From: Eledone cirrhosa
Taxonomy: Eukaryota
Reading direction: 5' to 3'
Assembly (NCBI GenBank): GCA_964016885.1
Contig: OZ024744.1
Coordinates: forward strand, 94,364,001 to 94,428,000
Length of the DNA: 64,000 bases
Part shown: piece after piece, positions 25,842 to 39,656 of the stretch
Layout of the letters: each line of letters begins with the position of its first letter
How positions within the stretch are numbered: the stretch's first letter is position 1
The notes under the pieces: model-generated
The model's input: the letters and a program-made list of their open reading frames with translations, nothing else
What the model was told of the DNA's origin: nothing
Databases searched by the model: none
Program-made: the position numbers and the translations under genes

Positions 25842-26260
25842 TTAAAAAAATTTTTTTTACAATTTAAGATTGAAGCCCAAAAAATAATGTATTAATTATG
25901 CTTTTTTTTTTGTTTGTTTCTTTTAATATCCGCATTCACATTTATTCAATTATTATTTAAAATGTTTAACAGTTGTATAGCTAGCTGGGTAACACTAGCC
26001 CAGTACAACACCATTCCCTACTGTTATAAAGTGTGATGTAGTGTGGTAGTCAGATAGGACTAACTAGGTGTTTTTTTTAAAATGTCTAAGGTTTCTTTTT
26101 GAAAATTAATAGAATAAAATGTAAGAAGTTGTAAGAAAACTGCTAATGTATTACTTATGCTGTCTTTTTTTTTCTATTCAAATTCATATTTATTATTCAA
26201 TTTTTTAAAAACTTTCAAAGACTATAAATATTTACTTGTTTATAATCAATATTTTTCTAG

Positions 26261-26853
26261 GTTGATATTGGTCATGGTGTGAAAGCTCCTGGTTATTATG
26301 TACAGCGTGCCGGTGGACTTTTTCCTGCACCAATTCCACAAGACAGCTCAGATTTAGAGAGGATAGAATCGCTATTCTATTTCCTCGGAACGCTTCTTGC
26401 AAAATGTATTCAAGATAATCGACTGATTGATTTACCGTTGTCTAAGCCATTCTTAAAAATGATGTGTTACGGTGGGTCAGTTCGACAGACAAGCAAACAC
26501 TGTTCATATATGCCTTCACAACGTAATAGTAGTCCTTGTGAATCATTCTGGACAAACGAAGACCTAATTTCAAGTAGTGAATATGTTGATAAAGAACTTA
26601 TTCTTGATCCACCTAAAACATATCAAAATACCGGGCCACCGTGGTATGCTGGTATTCTAAAAGAAGATGATTTTGCTTTTGTTGATCCCCACCGTGCATA
26701 TTTCCTCAGCCAGTTGAAAGAATTGAGTACACGCAAGCAAAATATTTTAAAGAAACCAATATCAAAAGGCCAGAAAAATTTACTCATGCAGGACCTGAGA
26801 ATTCCTCCTCCTTCTCCAGATTCAGAAAACGGTGTTCGTTTAGAAGATCTTGG
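26261..26853 (+). CDS. HECTD1: HECTD1 exon, HECT domain (PGYYVQRAGGLFPAPIPQDS...AKCIQDNRLIDLPLSKPFLK...EDLG)
   Basis: HECT-domain motifs; ttctag| acceptor, GG|gtaatt donor. Confidence 0.96.
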
Positions 26854-27034
26854 GTAATTTATATTAAATATTTATTGATATTAATTAACAAAAACCTAAC
26901 TTAAACTGGCCAGTGCATTTTCTTTTGCTATTGAACAGCTTCATTTTATTTTATTAGGACCTTTTCTAGCTAACATATACTGTGACATCATATAAATGCA
27001 CTGATACTCTTGTAATACAATTGATTGTTATATT

Positions 27035-27343
27035 AACACAGGACCGTGACGTCTGGTGTCCTGCAGTAATACAGAAGACTCAACTTCCCACAGGTACAAG
27101 ACGAAGCTGAAGCATATAGACAATATGCCCCCATGCCCCTCCCACTGTAAAGTGGACGCGTAGGTGCCATAGAAAAAAAGCACCCGGCATTCACTGTAAA
27201 TAAGGTTGGTGTTAGGAAACGCATCCAGCTGTAGAAATCAAGCCAAAATCAGTTCCCATATGAGCAAGACAAGGTCAGCCAACAGGACAACCCGTCTAAC
27301 TCATGCTAGCGTGGAAGAATGGATGTAAAACGGTGGTGATGAT
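27035..27343 (+). mobile_element. RTE 3'UTR fragment
   Basis: Matches the reverse complement of 39660-39930. Confidence 0.8.
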
Positions 27344-27344
27344 T

Positions 27345-28262
27345 GACCCAAGTACTTTTCTGAGTTTGATAAAATAAAAAACCAAGCTTAATGTTGGCAG
27401 GATTTGAACTCGGAATGTAGAGTCGGAACTAATACCGTAAAACATTCTGACAATTCTGCCAGTGCACTGCCATAATAATCAATAATTGTTTCTACTTTAG
27501 GCACAAGGCCAGCAATTACCCTAGTACATTACTGGTTCTTTATTTTATCGACCCCGTAAGGATGAAAGGCAAAGTTAACCTCGGCGGGATTTGAACTCAG
27601 ACTGTAAAGGGACGTACTATGCTAGAAAGCATGGCGTCCGACCCTCTACCCATACTGCCAATCCACCGCCATAATAATCTATAATAACAATGATTTAGGC
27701 ACAAGGCCAACAATTTTGGAGGAGGCGAAAGTCAATTAAATTGACCCCAGTGTGTTACTGGTACTTTATTTTATCAACCCTGTAAGGACGAAAGGCAAAG
27801 CTAACCTTGGAGGGATTTGAACTCAGAATGTAAAGGGCCTGAACAAATACTGCTAAGCATTTGCTTGATGCTCTATATTCTTCCAATTATAATTATAATA
27901 ATTGTTTCTACTTTAGGCACAAGGCCATCAATTACCCAGTACATTACTGGTACTTTATTTTATCGACCCCGTAAGGATGAAAGGCAAAGTTAACCTCGGC
28001 GGGATTTGAACTCAGACTGTAAAAGGACGTAACTATGCTAGAAAGCATGGCGTCCAACCCTCTACCGATACTGCCAATTCACCGCCCTCGATGTTTTCTG
28101 ATATAGGCACAAGGCCAACAATTTTGGGGAAGGAGATAATTGATTAAATCAACCCCAGTGCATGGCTGGTACTTTATTTTATCGACCCTGTAAGGATGAA
28201 AGGCAAAGCTAACCTTGGCTGGTGTCTGACGCTCTACCGATGCTGCCAATCCACACTGCCCT
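27345..28262 (-). mobile_element. Tandem cluster of ~5 Nin-domain-like SINEs
   Basis: Repeated TTTATCGACCC..AAGGATGAAAGGCAAAG..GGATTTGAACTCAG blocks. Confidence 0.85.
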
Positions 28263-28395
28263 CAAATTATAGTGATAATAATAAAAGGCAGGTTTTCTAT
28301 CAAATACATAGGTCACATCTACTACCTCAAAATAATATTGTATGAAAGCTAGTTTTCTTACTCTATATTTATCATTTATTTTCTGTTTTTATCAG

Positions 28396-28474
28396 ACTGA
28401 CGTTCCAATTCAATCCTTCATCAAGAGTTTATGGATACACCTCAATTAATCTCCGCCCTGGAGGAGATGAACAG
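28396..28474 (+). CDS. HECTD1: HECTD1 exon (LTFQFNPSSRVYGYTSINLRPGGDEQ)
   Basis: atcag| acceptor, CAG|gttagt donor, phase 2-0. Confidence 0.93.
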
Positions 28475-28829
28475 GTTAGTCTTAGTCTATATAAGCACTA
28501 ATTTGACATTGTCGTCTTAACGTCCACTCACCCTGCTAGCAAGACTGGGGTGGGGGCTGACTAACTAGGCTCAGTCCACGTATATTGGTAGATAAGTGGT
28601 TCAAATACCATCTGGTGACCTGTCTCTCTTATGGCAAAAATTGATCCTTATGTCATGTCTAATATCATATACCTTAAAAACGTTAAATCATAATTTAGTT
28701 TAAATATTCCAGATTTTCAGGTTTCTGTTTACATAAATTTTATTGGTACTAACACCAGTTTTATTGACTTGGGGTTTGGACTTAGACAAAAGAACTGAAC
28801 AAGTTCTAATAAATTAGTTGTTACTTCTT

Positions 28830-29106
28830 CGAATCGAGAGAGCTCAGCTCTGATACTACAGACATGTGGTTAGAATGTTTAAGGAAAGAATTGCTGGACA
28901 GATTTTACAGGCAAAACCAACTGGTAGGAAACTCAGGTGTAGACCACAAGCAAGATGGTTGGATAACATCCATGAGCTTGATTGGTTTCACTTGGGGGAT
29001 CCAGTCAGATCAATTGGAGTCAGTTGCTTCTGATAGGAATCAACTGGGAGATGTGTTTGAGGACTCTGCCCCAACAACCCGCCCAGGGATAAGTGGGCGA
29101 AGAAGA
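28830..29106 (+). mobile_element. LINE 3' end, same family as 16830-17115
   Basis: Degenerate ORF2 C-terminus ending GGATAAGTGGGCGAAGAAGA. Confidence 0.6.
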
Positions 29107-29803
29107 TAACTTTCCAAGTATTTTATAAGCTCATGTTTCACCAAGTTAATTTTAACATTGAAGTTAGTTACTTTATGAACATATTGATTTATTGATTTTG
29201 ACAGTAATGGTTAATATTGGTGAAAGAGACCAATCCAAAAATGGGTTGAGAGGATTTTTCAGTTGTGTCAAAGGCATAACAACTTCTCTGGTGTTGGTGA
29301 CGTGATAAAATGCACCCAGTTCACTCTGTAACGTTATTGGTGGTATTAAGAGTATCCAGCCATAGAAAACTTGCCAAACAAAGAGCGAAGAGGGCTCTTG
29401 AGTTGTATCAATATGACAACCTGTACAGTGCAGGAGTGTAATGTATGTTGGCAATTTGCAGCCCCCTGGCATATCTGAAAGGTCAGTAACTCTGTTTCGG
29501 TCATCAAAAAGAAAGAGACATTGTAGTTGTGTACAATCAATCAGCAATAACTGGGAATCAAACATTGATTGCAATCTGTCTGCCAAGATGTTATATTAAT
29601 ATTTAACATCCTGTAATAATTTAGCAAAAAATATCTAAAAACAGGTTTGTTAATTTAAATGTTTGTAGTATATTTACTAGTGGACAGATTGTTGTGAAAA
29701 TTTGCAAAAGACATTAATATTTAATGTGATACAGCCATAATGATGTTTCGTACTTTTCAAGATTGTTTCATTCTAAATGTTGTTTAAATGTTTATTTTTG
29801 CAG

Positions 29804-29897
29804 GAAGTCACATTAGACAATGTTGAAGAATATGTGACGCTTGTAACTGATTTTTGTTTCAATATGGGAATTCAACGGCAGATGGAAGCCTTTAAAA
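29804..29897 (+). CDS. HECTD1: HECTD1 exon ([31 protein letters not shown])
   Basis: HECT motif; tgcag| acceptor, A|gtaatt donor. Confidence 0.95.
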
Positions 29898-30599
29898 GTA
29901 ATTGGATATTTTATTCTATAATTTTTAATGGAATAATTGTGTTGATTAGTCCTTATCCCCACCCCCACCCCTATTTATTAATCTCACCTGTACATTAAAG
30001 CTGCTAAGCACACATTACACTCTACACCTATTGTTGTACAGCTACATAATAAAACCAAGACCTTTCAAACATGGAAATTGTGTAATTTATGGCTAGTCTA
30101 GTACAATTGGTTTGTCCCCTCTGCTAACAATGGAGCCTCCATGTGGTTGCTTGGTGTGCTGGAAATAGCAGCCAAATTTCCTTCAGATCTTAAAAGAATT
30201 AAGAACACTTTGTCTAATGTAGTCTTAGATGCCTCTAAAAATACAGGACAGTCAGGGCTAGAATGCCTTTGATCATTAATCGATTCAACCATGGTTGATA
30301 TCTAAGCCCAATTTTAAATTGACTCTCTAATTTGCCCCACCTGAAACTCGGCAAAATTATTGTACATTGTTTGTCTTTTTTGACCTAAGTTGTTTATATT
30401 GCCAACCAAAGAATTGAAGCTTCTGCACACCCACCTAAGCTGTGATCTGACCAAACTGTATAAACTATTGTTAGGCTACCCCCACTTCATCTCAATTAAC
30501 TGCTTACATAAAGGTCAATGGAGTGTCGTCTGAGATTGAACTTAGCATTAACATGTTGGGATGTATGTGATCAACAGCTGCTACTATTACCACTTAATA

Positions 30600-30849
30600 C
30601 AGAGGTTCTCAAAGTGGGCACTGCGCCCCACCCCCCTCATGGGGGTGGGGTTGATGTAATAGTATATTAAATATCAAATGATACATATATGTAAATATAG
30701 TAAAATAAAAAATATATATTTATTTATACATAGTATGTATTATATTATTTTATATATATATAAATTAACAATTTTATTCAGGGTATTATGTGGCTGTGAG
30801 ATGGGGTGAAGAGGAGGGGGCAGTGGTCCAAAAAGTTTGAGATCCTCTG
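30600..30849. mobile_element. hAT-type MITE
   Basis: TIRs CAGAGGTTCTCAAA / TTTGAGATCCTCTG with perfect 8-bp TSD ACTTAATA. Confidence 0.88.
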
Positions 30850-30941
30850 ACTTAATAGATCTATTCAATTAGTGCCAGTTGGTGCTGTCAAAACAATTTA
30901 ATCCACACATCTTCTTAATGAAACAACCGTTTTATTTTTAG

Positions 30942-31089
30942 ATGGATTTGATCTGGTTTTCTCTATGGAAAAATTATTATTCAACCCTATGGAGTTGTCA
31001 TCCTTACTCTGTGGTGACCAAGCACCAACATGGACAAAAGAAGATATTTTAAATTATACTGAGCCAAAATTAGGCTACACAAAAGATAG
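30942..31089 (+). CDS. HECTD1: HECTD1 exon ([12 protein letters not shown]...[28 protein letters not shown])
   Basis: [10 protein letters not shown] motif; phase 1-2. Confidence 0.95.
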
Positions 31090-31368
31090 GTAAGTTTTTT
31101 TTATTATTGGATTGAATTTTTAAAAATTCATTTACTTTTTCATAGTAAATTAAATCTTTTAATTTTAATTATTTAAAAAAATAAATTTTAACCCTGGATT
31201 CCATAGATTTCTAATGCCTTATTAATATTGACATCTGATAAAATCTTTCATTTTTAGGTTTTTCAATACTTGCATTTAAATTATTCCATTTTTTAAAATT
31301 CATTTACTTCTTGTAGTTAAATTAAATCTTTTAATTTTAATTAATTTATTTTTTGTTTTATTTTTTAG

Positions 31369-31651
31369 CCCTGGATTCCAAAGATTTATAAATGTCTTAT
31401 TAATGCTGACATCTGATGAAAGAAAATCATTCCTGCAGTTCACTACCGGTTGTTCTTCTCTGCCACCTGGTGGCTTGGCTAACCTTCATCCAAGGCTGAC
31501 TGTCGTTCGTAAAGTAGATGGCAATGATAATAGTTATCCATCTGTGAACACATGTGTCCATTATCTGAAATTACCAGAGTATTCTACAGAAGAGATATTA
31601 AAGGAACGTTTGCTGATAGCAACAAGAGAAAAAGGGTTCCATTTGAATTGA
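31369..31651 (+). CDS. HECTD1: HECTD1 last coding exon, HECT C-lobe with catalytic Cys (codon ~31553)
   Basis: [28 protein letters not shown]...[17 protein letters not shown]...EKGFHLN-TGA. Confidence 0.97.
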
Positions 31652-32553
31652 ACAAAAACTTAAGTAAAAGGGGCCCTATTTACCAGTGACTAAACTGTGC
31701 CAGTAAATACTGGTTTATTTAAAAACTGTACCTAATTTAAGGGACAACTGTCTGGCCCATTGCTGAGATTTGGCAGATTTGATTTAGGATTAAGCAAATT
31801 TGGATCTTTCACACTGGAGAGAATTTTTTCTAGTAAGTTGTTCAAAAAAGTAAAAATCTGTGAAACCATTTTATTTATTTATTTATTTATCTCCCGTTCT
31901 ATTTTCCAGTCTTATTTTGTGTATCATTTTTAAAATAAAAGAAAGATAATTTCATAAGATTCTTAATACTGAAGTAGCATTTTGCATGTAAAACAAGTTT
32001 ATTTAATAAACTCGAGTTCCCTATAGTTTCAGGCTAACTTTGATATTGAGTTTATAGTAACTTTTTTTATATTAATTAATATGGAAATATTTAGGTATCT
32101 TAATATAAATTTTTAAAAATTTGTACATTTTTTTTAATAAGAATTCTTTACACTCCCTTGTTACTCTTGCCGTCAGAAAGACAGTTAACCAATAAATATA
32201 TTTTAAAAAAAATACTAGTTCCTTTTTTTTTTTTTTACTAACTGAAATTATCAGTGTTATTCCAACTAAATTCAACTAATTCTCCTCTCTATTTCTATCA
32301 GTATACTAATTGTTTAACTTATCTATTTTTTAAACGAAAGTCTAAAAATATTTTAACGTTAGACTAAATTATTATTATTATTATTATTTTTATACATTAC
32401 TACAATACTGCTTGATTAACAGACAGCAATATTTATTTATTTTTTTATTTATTTCTGATAGAATTATATATGTTAAGGTAAGAGAATGCTCTGTAGTGTT
32501 TTGATGACATTCTATTTTAGCAGATGAAAAATCAATCTTTTATGTATTAATTT

Positions 32554-32607
<54 letters not shown>

Positions 32608-33271
32608 TTTATTCACAATATTTTAAACATTAATAAATTTAGCCAATGCAATTTTGGGTGTAACTCTGGGATGTTTTGCTTGATATCCACATTTTTTTTC
32701 TTCACATTTAGAAAAATAGCCTTAATCTTTTATATATATATTTTTAATAAATCCTAAAATAAATACTACAAGATACTAATTTTAGTATTTTAAGAAATAT
32801 TTTTTAATTTACAGCATTTGTTAATATTCTAAAACCAAAAATATACTTGAAATTTCAAACATAAGTTAATATTTTTTTAATTTTTTAATAATTTTTAAGA
32901 TAAAGAGCTACTTTAGTGTCTTCATTACTTAGCATTCTCTTTGAAAGACATTAAGTTACTTTTCGGTAAGTTGATAAAGCTAAATCGTTTTGACAAAAGT
33001 AGTTTTATTTTTAATTATAAATTAAACTAAATTTTCTTTTGTAATGAAAGGTCATGGATTTTTCCTGTTGTATCAAGTTAATGTAAAATTGCTTGCTCAA
33101 TACCAGCATTCAAGTATTGGTGTAGTTGTCGTTTTTAATCTGCCTCTATTAAATGATATCTGCTTTAAACAAGTTTTAATCTTTCCTTATTAGATCTCAC
33201 CATCATCCCTCACTTGTCCTGTATAATAAATGCTGCCTTTTTATTCATGCCATGATGCCTTTTGAAATATA

Positions 33272-33323
<52 letters not shown>

Positions 33324-33339
33324 ATACACATTCGTATAC

Positions 33340-33380
<41 letters not shown>

Positions 33381-35620
33381 CGTACGTATACATATATATG
33401 TATACATATAAACTCCAATTTTTGTCCATTTACTTGATCCAAAATTATTTCTGCATGATGGAAACCTTTTGAGAGCTGTGCTCATGTCTCACAGTGAAGT
33501 AATATGAATGATATTGAAGGACTTTGACCAAAGCTGCCTGCCATATTTAGAAGGGTCCCTTGTTCTACTTTCAATGTAGCATTTCAATAAGCTTGTCCCA
33601 TTTTAACCTTAAATCTAAAAGGTTTGTATTTACAGTGTTGACTACTAATTTCATCACTTCTTTCCTTGTATTATATATAAATGTGATATGAAATACATTT
33701 CTGTTTAAAAACAAGTTATCCTTTTCGGCAAGTAAGATTAAATGTAAGTTAAATGCTTGGAATTTATCTATAAAAGAAAGTATAACTATTTAAAAATCTG
33801 TCAATTCTCTCTCAAAAGATTAAAACTGGAAATTTTTTAAATTGTCAGGTTTAGAATAATTTCGTTTAGAGACTTTCTCTCTCTCTCTTTCGTATACAGG
33901 TTATTCTCTTTAACATACATATATCATATATATTTGTAGGAAGAAATTATAAATATCTAAAGCCTAAAATTAGTAAAATGTGCCAAGATTTCTTTTTTTT
34001 TTTTCTTTTAATCCAATGTAAATGGCTAAAGAATGGACAGGACAATCTAAATGCCACTGTTAGTAACGAAGTGTTTCAGTTTTCTAAATTATAGAATATA
34101 TGAGCAGTGAATAACTTGTGTGTAACCCCTTGCAATCTCTGAAATATGTTTACCTTTCAACAGATGTGGATTTAGATGTGTGTGTGTGTGTGTGTGTGTA
34201 TATACATATACATACATATATACACACACACACACACACACATATTCATATACAAATAAATATATCTATTTACATTAACTGGTCAATATTATGGTGATAG
34301 ATGTTTTTGTAAGTCAGTTAAATTATAGGATTACTGTGAAGTATTTGCTTTTTATTAAATTAAACTTTATTGGTACTTTTTACCTATATTTATTTAAATG
34401 GTATCTTGTAAGTCTTTTATACTGTATAACCTGTAATGCTTTTTTTAATCATAGCAATAATGGCTAATGTATCAAATATAAACTTAATTGAAAATATATA
34501 TATATATTTAAAAAAAAAAAATTAATTTTATCAGAAGTGTTCTTCAATTTTAGTGTGCTTTTCCATTATTGTTTTATCTTAAACCATTTGACTTTAATAA
34601 TCTTTATAATGGATTATATTCTTTTACTGGGTTATTCATTGGACTATGGCCAAGCTGGAGTACAGGCTTCAAAGATATATACATATATATATATATATAT
34701 ATACATATATATAGCCAATTACATTGACCTCCCCTCCCCTGTATTTGATTGGCATTTTAACCAAATACCATAAGATACTTTATCCATTCTGTCAGTCACC
34801 GCCACCACATGATATACATATACATATATATATATATATATATTCATACATTTGATGAATATTATTACTAGAAATATTAATTACTTTAAATCTGGGCAGG
34901 ATATAATAAACAAGGCGAAAGAAAAGTTGCTTATTAAATTTTTTCCTTATCTAAACTAGTTTTGTGCATTGAATGTTTACAGAATGAAATATTGTGGGTG
35001 TGAACGATTGCCAAAACGCGCAAACACTTATACACATACATACACTTACACACACACTTTAATCATACATTTTTTTTTTTTGTCTAATTAAATAATTATT
35101 ATCTTAGATAATGCATTGCCACCTTAAAAAAAACTTTCGTCAACTTAATTGATAATTAAATAATTATCAGTTAAAAAAACTTGTGGTTGGAGTTGTTAGA
35201 GGAATTAGAGTAAGTAAACGGTTGCTCTTCTTTTTGCATCGCAGTATGACTGTTAATCCCTTTCTGTGCTTTGGTCAAAGAATAGTAAAAAAAGTTCCTT
35301 CAGTTCATTTTGTAATTCATATGTAATCCTTTTCAACCTCGTAGCACAGCGATAAATATGGACTGACACCGTTGTCTTGCGGTACTAAACCTATTGTGAT
35401 AGGATAACTAATAATTTTGCTGAGAATTTTTGGCAGCGTTAGTTTTTATTTTACTGTGATTTATTTGCAAAAATGTTCTGTTCAGTTGCATGCACCAAAT
35501 GGTGAGTGCTTGCTAATATAAAGACTTGGAAAAAAAAAAAATTACATAAAAAGATTTTCAAGAAATATTTTAAAAAATGTACAAAAAAATAATGAAATAA
35601 AATATATATGATTTTAAGAT
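31652..35620 (+). other. Probable long HECTD1 3'UTR
   Basis: ~4 kb very AT-rich stretch with no recognisable interspersed repeats; AATAAA at 35596-35601 followed by a GT-rich element; earlier AATAAA near 31934 and 32005. Confidence 0.45.
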
Positions 35621-35762
35621 GTGGTTGTTTTCATTTCCTTTATATTCTATATTTTTACTATTATTTTGATGTGTTAGATGTGATGTTCATGCCACTCCCT
35701 CAATGCATTTACAGCATAAGAGATAAGAAAGAATTAATGCTCTACCATTTACATAATATATA

Positions 35763-36090
35763 ACACCCAGTCCACACTGTAAAGTGGTTGTGTAGGTGTC
35801 ACGACTTAAAGCACCCAGTACTCATTGTAAATTGGTCGTGTAGGTGTCACGACAAAGCACCCACCCAGCCCACACTGTAAAGTGGTCGTGTAGATGTCAT
35901 GACATAAAGCACCCAGCCAACACTGTCAATGAGGTTGGCATTAGGAAGAGCATCCAGCTGTAGAAACCAAGCCAAAATCAGTTCTGTATGAGCAAGACAT
36001 GGTCACCTGACCTAGCCTTGCCCATAACTGGACAACTCGTCTAATCCATGCTAGCGTGGAAAATGAATTTAAAACGGTGATGTTGATGAT
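35763..36090 (+). mobile_element. RTE tail with 4 copies of the 48-mer
   Basis: Four units, then GGAAGAGCATCCAGCTGTAGAAA...CCATGCTAGCGTGGAAAA...GATG. Confidence 0.88.
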
Positions 36091-36488
36091 ACTATTGTAT
36101 TTTCATGGTAAAAGCTTTCTCTTATAATATCAAATCTATGAGATTTTGATATTATTTATTTTGAGAACAATACCTCAACATCAGTATGAGTGGCCAGTTT
36201 GAGCAGAAAGAAGTGATAGAATTCTGGCATGTTTAAATTCTAATATATCAAGATAGATAGATAGATATACTGTATATACTTGAATACATGCCAAGCTAAC
36301 AAAACTAAACTTCTTGAATATGAATATCATTTGCAACATAAGGGATGAGGATTTATGTAATACATTTAGCTAGATATATGTATATACTCCAATATAAGCT
36401 GACCCCACTCCTTTTTTGTGTCTGAGAAATGGACAAAAATCCAAACCCTTTTGTATAAGCCAAGACAGCTAATCAACACAGTTTAGAT

Positions 36489-36787
36489 CAGCGGTCGCCA
36501 ACCGGTGGAGAAAAATGTGGACGTTATTGGCAATTTTTATTTTATTAATAAAACAAAAATATTATTTGGTTAAAATATATTTTATAACTCCTCTAAAAAA
36601 ATGGTTCTCCTCAGTAAAGAACTAACATCCATGAAAGAATTTTACACATGTATCATCTATCGACAATATGACACATGTACACTTCAGTATTGTTTCGACC
36701 ATTGACCATTAATTCATATTAGTGGTCCACAGGATTTAAAATTATGAATTTAGTGTTCTGTGAGGTCCGAAAGGTTAGCGACCACTG
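36489..36787. mobile_element. hAT-type MITE
   Basis: TIRs CAGCGGTCGCCAACC / GGTTAGCGACCACTG; 8-bp TSD GTTTAGAT/ATTTAGAT. Confidence 0.82.
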
Positions 36788-38129
36788 ATTTAGATGGTGC
36801 GGTTTTGAAATTCTCACGAATAGGGAATATATTTATGAAATTGAAATATTTTGATATTTAAAATGTTTTAAGAGTATAGTTTTTGTTTCACAACTCTATC
36901 ACAAAATTACTGTTTTACTTTTTACCAATTTCCAACTCTTTTAAAGGCTATATTCATTCAAAACACATTAAAAAAACTATAGGAAATTTGAATTTCCAAA
37001 GTAAAATATTTTATTAGCACATCATTTACATAGAATTTTGAAGTTGGTGAAAATTGGCAAAATATTGACCTTGAATATAAGCCAAACCCTTACCCACCCA
37101 CCCCATTTACTATTGATTTTATTTTTTTGTTACATATTTCTCGGCTCATATACAATTATATATGGTAACTATTTGTGCTAAACTAACCAAACCAAACACC
37201 TTTAGTATGTATATAATTTGCAGTATATGGAATGAGAATTAGGTATTAATATAAATATACGAGGAAAGGCTGACTATGAAGGAGTGATGCTAGAGCTGTG
37301 AAATCTTGCATACATTATTAATAATAATAATAACTGTGTTGTTTCTTTCCAGGAACTATGTAGAAAAATAAACCTCATTTAGTTATTCCATGAGAGTATC
37401 TTTGTCAGCCTATGAACTTTTCAACCGACCCTTTATCTAGACAGCTATAACTATTTATGCTAAGCTAAGCTGAACACTATATATCATTTGCAGCATAAGG
37501 GTTGAGAAATGGGAATTAAAACTCGATCCTATTTAACTCAGTAGCAATTTTCTTCAATTCTACAGATTGTTGCTGGAAAAAGTCTTCTGTTTTTTAAAGG
37601 ATGCTGTAGCTTGCTTGAAGCATTGTAGAAAATAGGACATTAAATGTTAAGAATAACAATAACGAAGTTGTTGGAATGATATCTTGGAGGTGTTTAATTA
37701 GTCCTTAATATTTCAGGATAAAATGCTTTTGTCAAAATAAGGAAACTAAGAGTAGGGAGGTCCAAAGGATGGTATCTTCAAACTGGAGACTTGGCCTGAA
37801 TATTTGCAACACAGTGGAATCCAGAAAAGGCACCCAAGGGCCAAATGGTGTTAAACTAGGTGTAGTCCTCGGCAGGATTTGAACTCAGAAGGGAAAAACG
37901 TGGGACTAATTACACAAAGAATTTTGTTCCACATCATGACAATTCTGCCACTCCACAGCCTTTGTCAAATACTTTATTTTATCAAACCCTGAAGGTTTGA
38001 AAGTTAGTTTTGAACTCAGGAGTACAGAAAAAAAAAGACATTTTGTTCAGTTCTCTAACAACTCTCTCAATTTGCTGCCTGGTACATAGAACAATTAGCT
38101 GTACCCCAATGTTTAGAATAAATACACTG

Positions 38130-38643
38130 ATGGAAGCTACGGAGTAGGTAGACCCAGAAAAACCTGGGACAACATGATAAAATCCGACCTTGCACACTTA
38201 CACCTCTCTGTCATTGGATTGAGATCTTTGGCGCCACATAGTAATACAGAAGTAATACAAAGTTAACTTACAGTCAGTAGGCACCTCTTAACCAAATATA
38301 CACCCAACCCACTACTCCTACTCCATCCTCCCATTCCCACCAACACCACCCTTTCTCTGTAAAGTTATGTTGGTACCACAGAACATCCAAACTAAAGAGG
38401 TCATGTAGGTATCACCACAAAAAAACACAGTCCCTCCCTAAAGTAGTCGTGTAGGAATCAGTAAAAAGGCTCCCAGTCCGCACTGTAAATGTGGTTGGTG
38501 TTAGGAAGGGCATCCAGTTGTAGAAAGCCTGCAAGATAGTCCTATACCAGTGAGACACGGTCACCCAATCAATCTTGCCTCAAGTGGGACAATTCCCGTC
38601 TAACCCATGCTAGCGTGGAAGATAGACATTTGAATGATGATGA
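38130..38643 (+). mobile_element. Truncated RTE LINE 3' end
   Basis: GVGRPRKTWDNMIKSDL followed by the shared 3'UTR and (GAT)n. Confidence 0.85.
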
Positions 38644-38877
38644 TACCCATGTATGTTAACGGCAACTAAAATAGTTGATGAGTAGGAAGGACATCCAGCT
38701 AAAAAAACATCCCGTCCAACCCATGCCAGTGGATGATGAGGATGGAGAGTTTACAATGGCTCTTTATAAGAAAAAAACACTTATCTAAACATCGTTCTGG
38801 GTTATTGTGATTCTTCAGAGTTATGTAAGGGGATTGTGAAAATATGAAGCACATCCCTGATATTATTAGTCTCAAAA

Positions 38878-39070
38878 AGGGCGGTGGATTGGCAGTATCG
38901 GTAGAGGGTCGGACGCCATGCTTTCCAGCATAGTTACGTCCCTTTACGATCTGAGTTCAAATCCTGCCGAGGTTGACTTTGCCTTTCATCCTTACGGGGT
39001 CGATAAAATAAAGTACCAGTAATGCACTGGGTAATTGCTGGCCTTGTGCCTAAAGTAGAAACAATTATTA
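38878..39070 (+). mobile_element. Nin-domain-like SINE (short variant)
   Basis: Near-identical reverse complement of 27895-28088. Confidence 0.85.
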
Positions 39071-39656
39071 GTCTCAAAACTAGAAATAGAATGAGATTAG
39101 ATCAATGCTAGTACTGTGCTGCTATCACCAAGTGGTTCCTTTGCATTTGAAATAATGTAGTCTACAGATTCATTCAATTTGATATAGTGGATTTCTATCT
39201 CTTCATATCAAAATAATTTCTCCTGAATGCTTTGTACTTCAAGGAAAGGTTTTCTATCTTTAAAAAAAAATCTAGACACTAAAATAACGATGCATGCCAG
39301 ACAGTCATGGCTAGTTATGACTGCACTGAGGTGGCTTATCTCACTCTTAAAACTACTAGAAAGTAAACCTCCCCACATAACTCTGGTTTGTACATTGATG
39401 ATCACACCATGAACAGATCTAAGAAAAACTTGATAGACATATTTTTATAGTTAGTTTTTAAACATAATTAAAGGCTTACCATATATACACAAATATAAGC
39501 CAAGAAATATGTGACCAAAAACTTGATAGTAAACTGGAAGGAGTCGATTTATATGTGCCATCTAAACAATGTGTTGATTAGCTGCTTTGGTTTATAAATG
39601 GGGTTTGGATTTTTGCCCATTTCTCAGACATGTGGTGTGTGGCTTATATTTGAGTA

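Noticed and set aside
33210-33485. Tyr/Ile-rich ORFs (also near 2820, 3930, 7199, 41434)
   Set aside because: Translations of (TA)n, (CA)n and (TAT)n microsatellites
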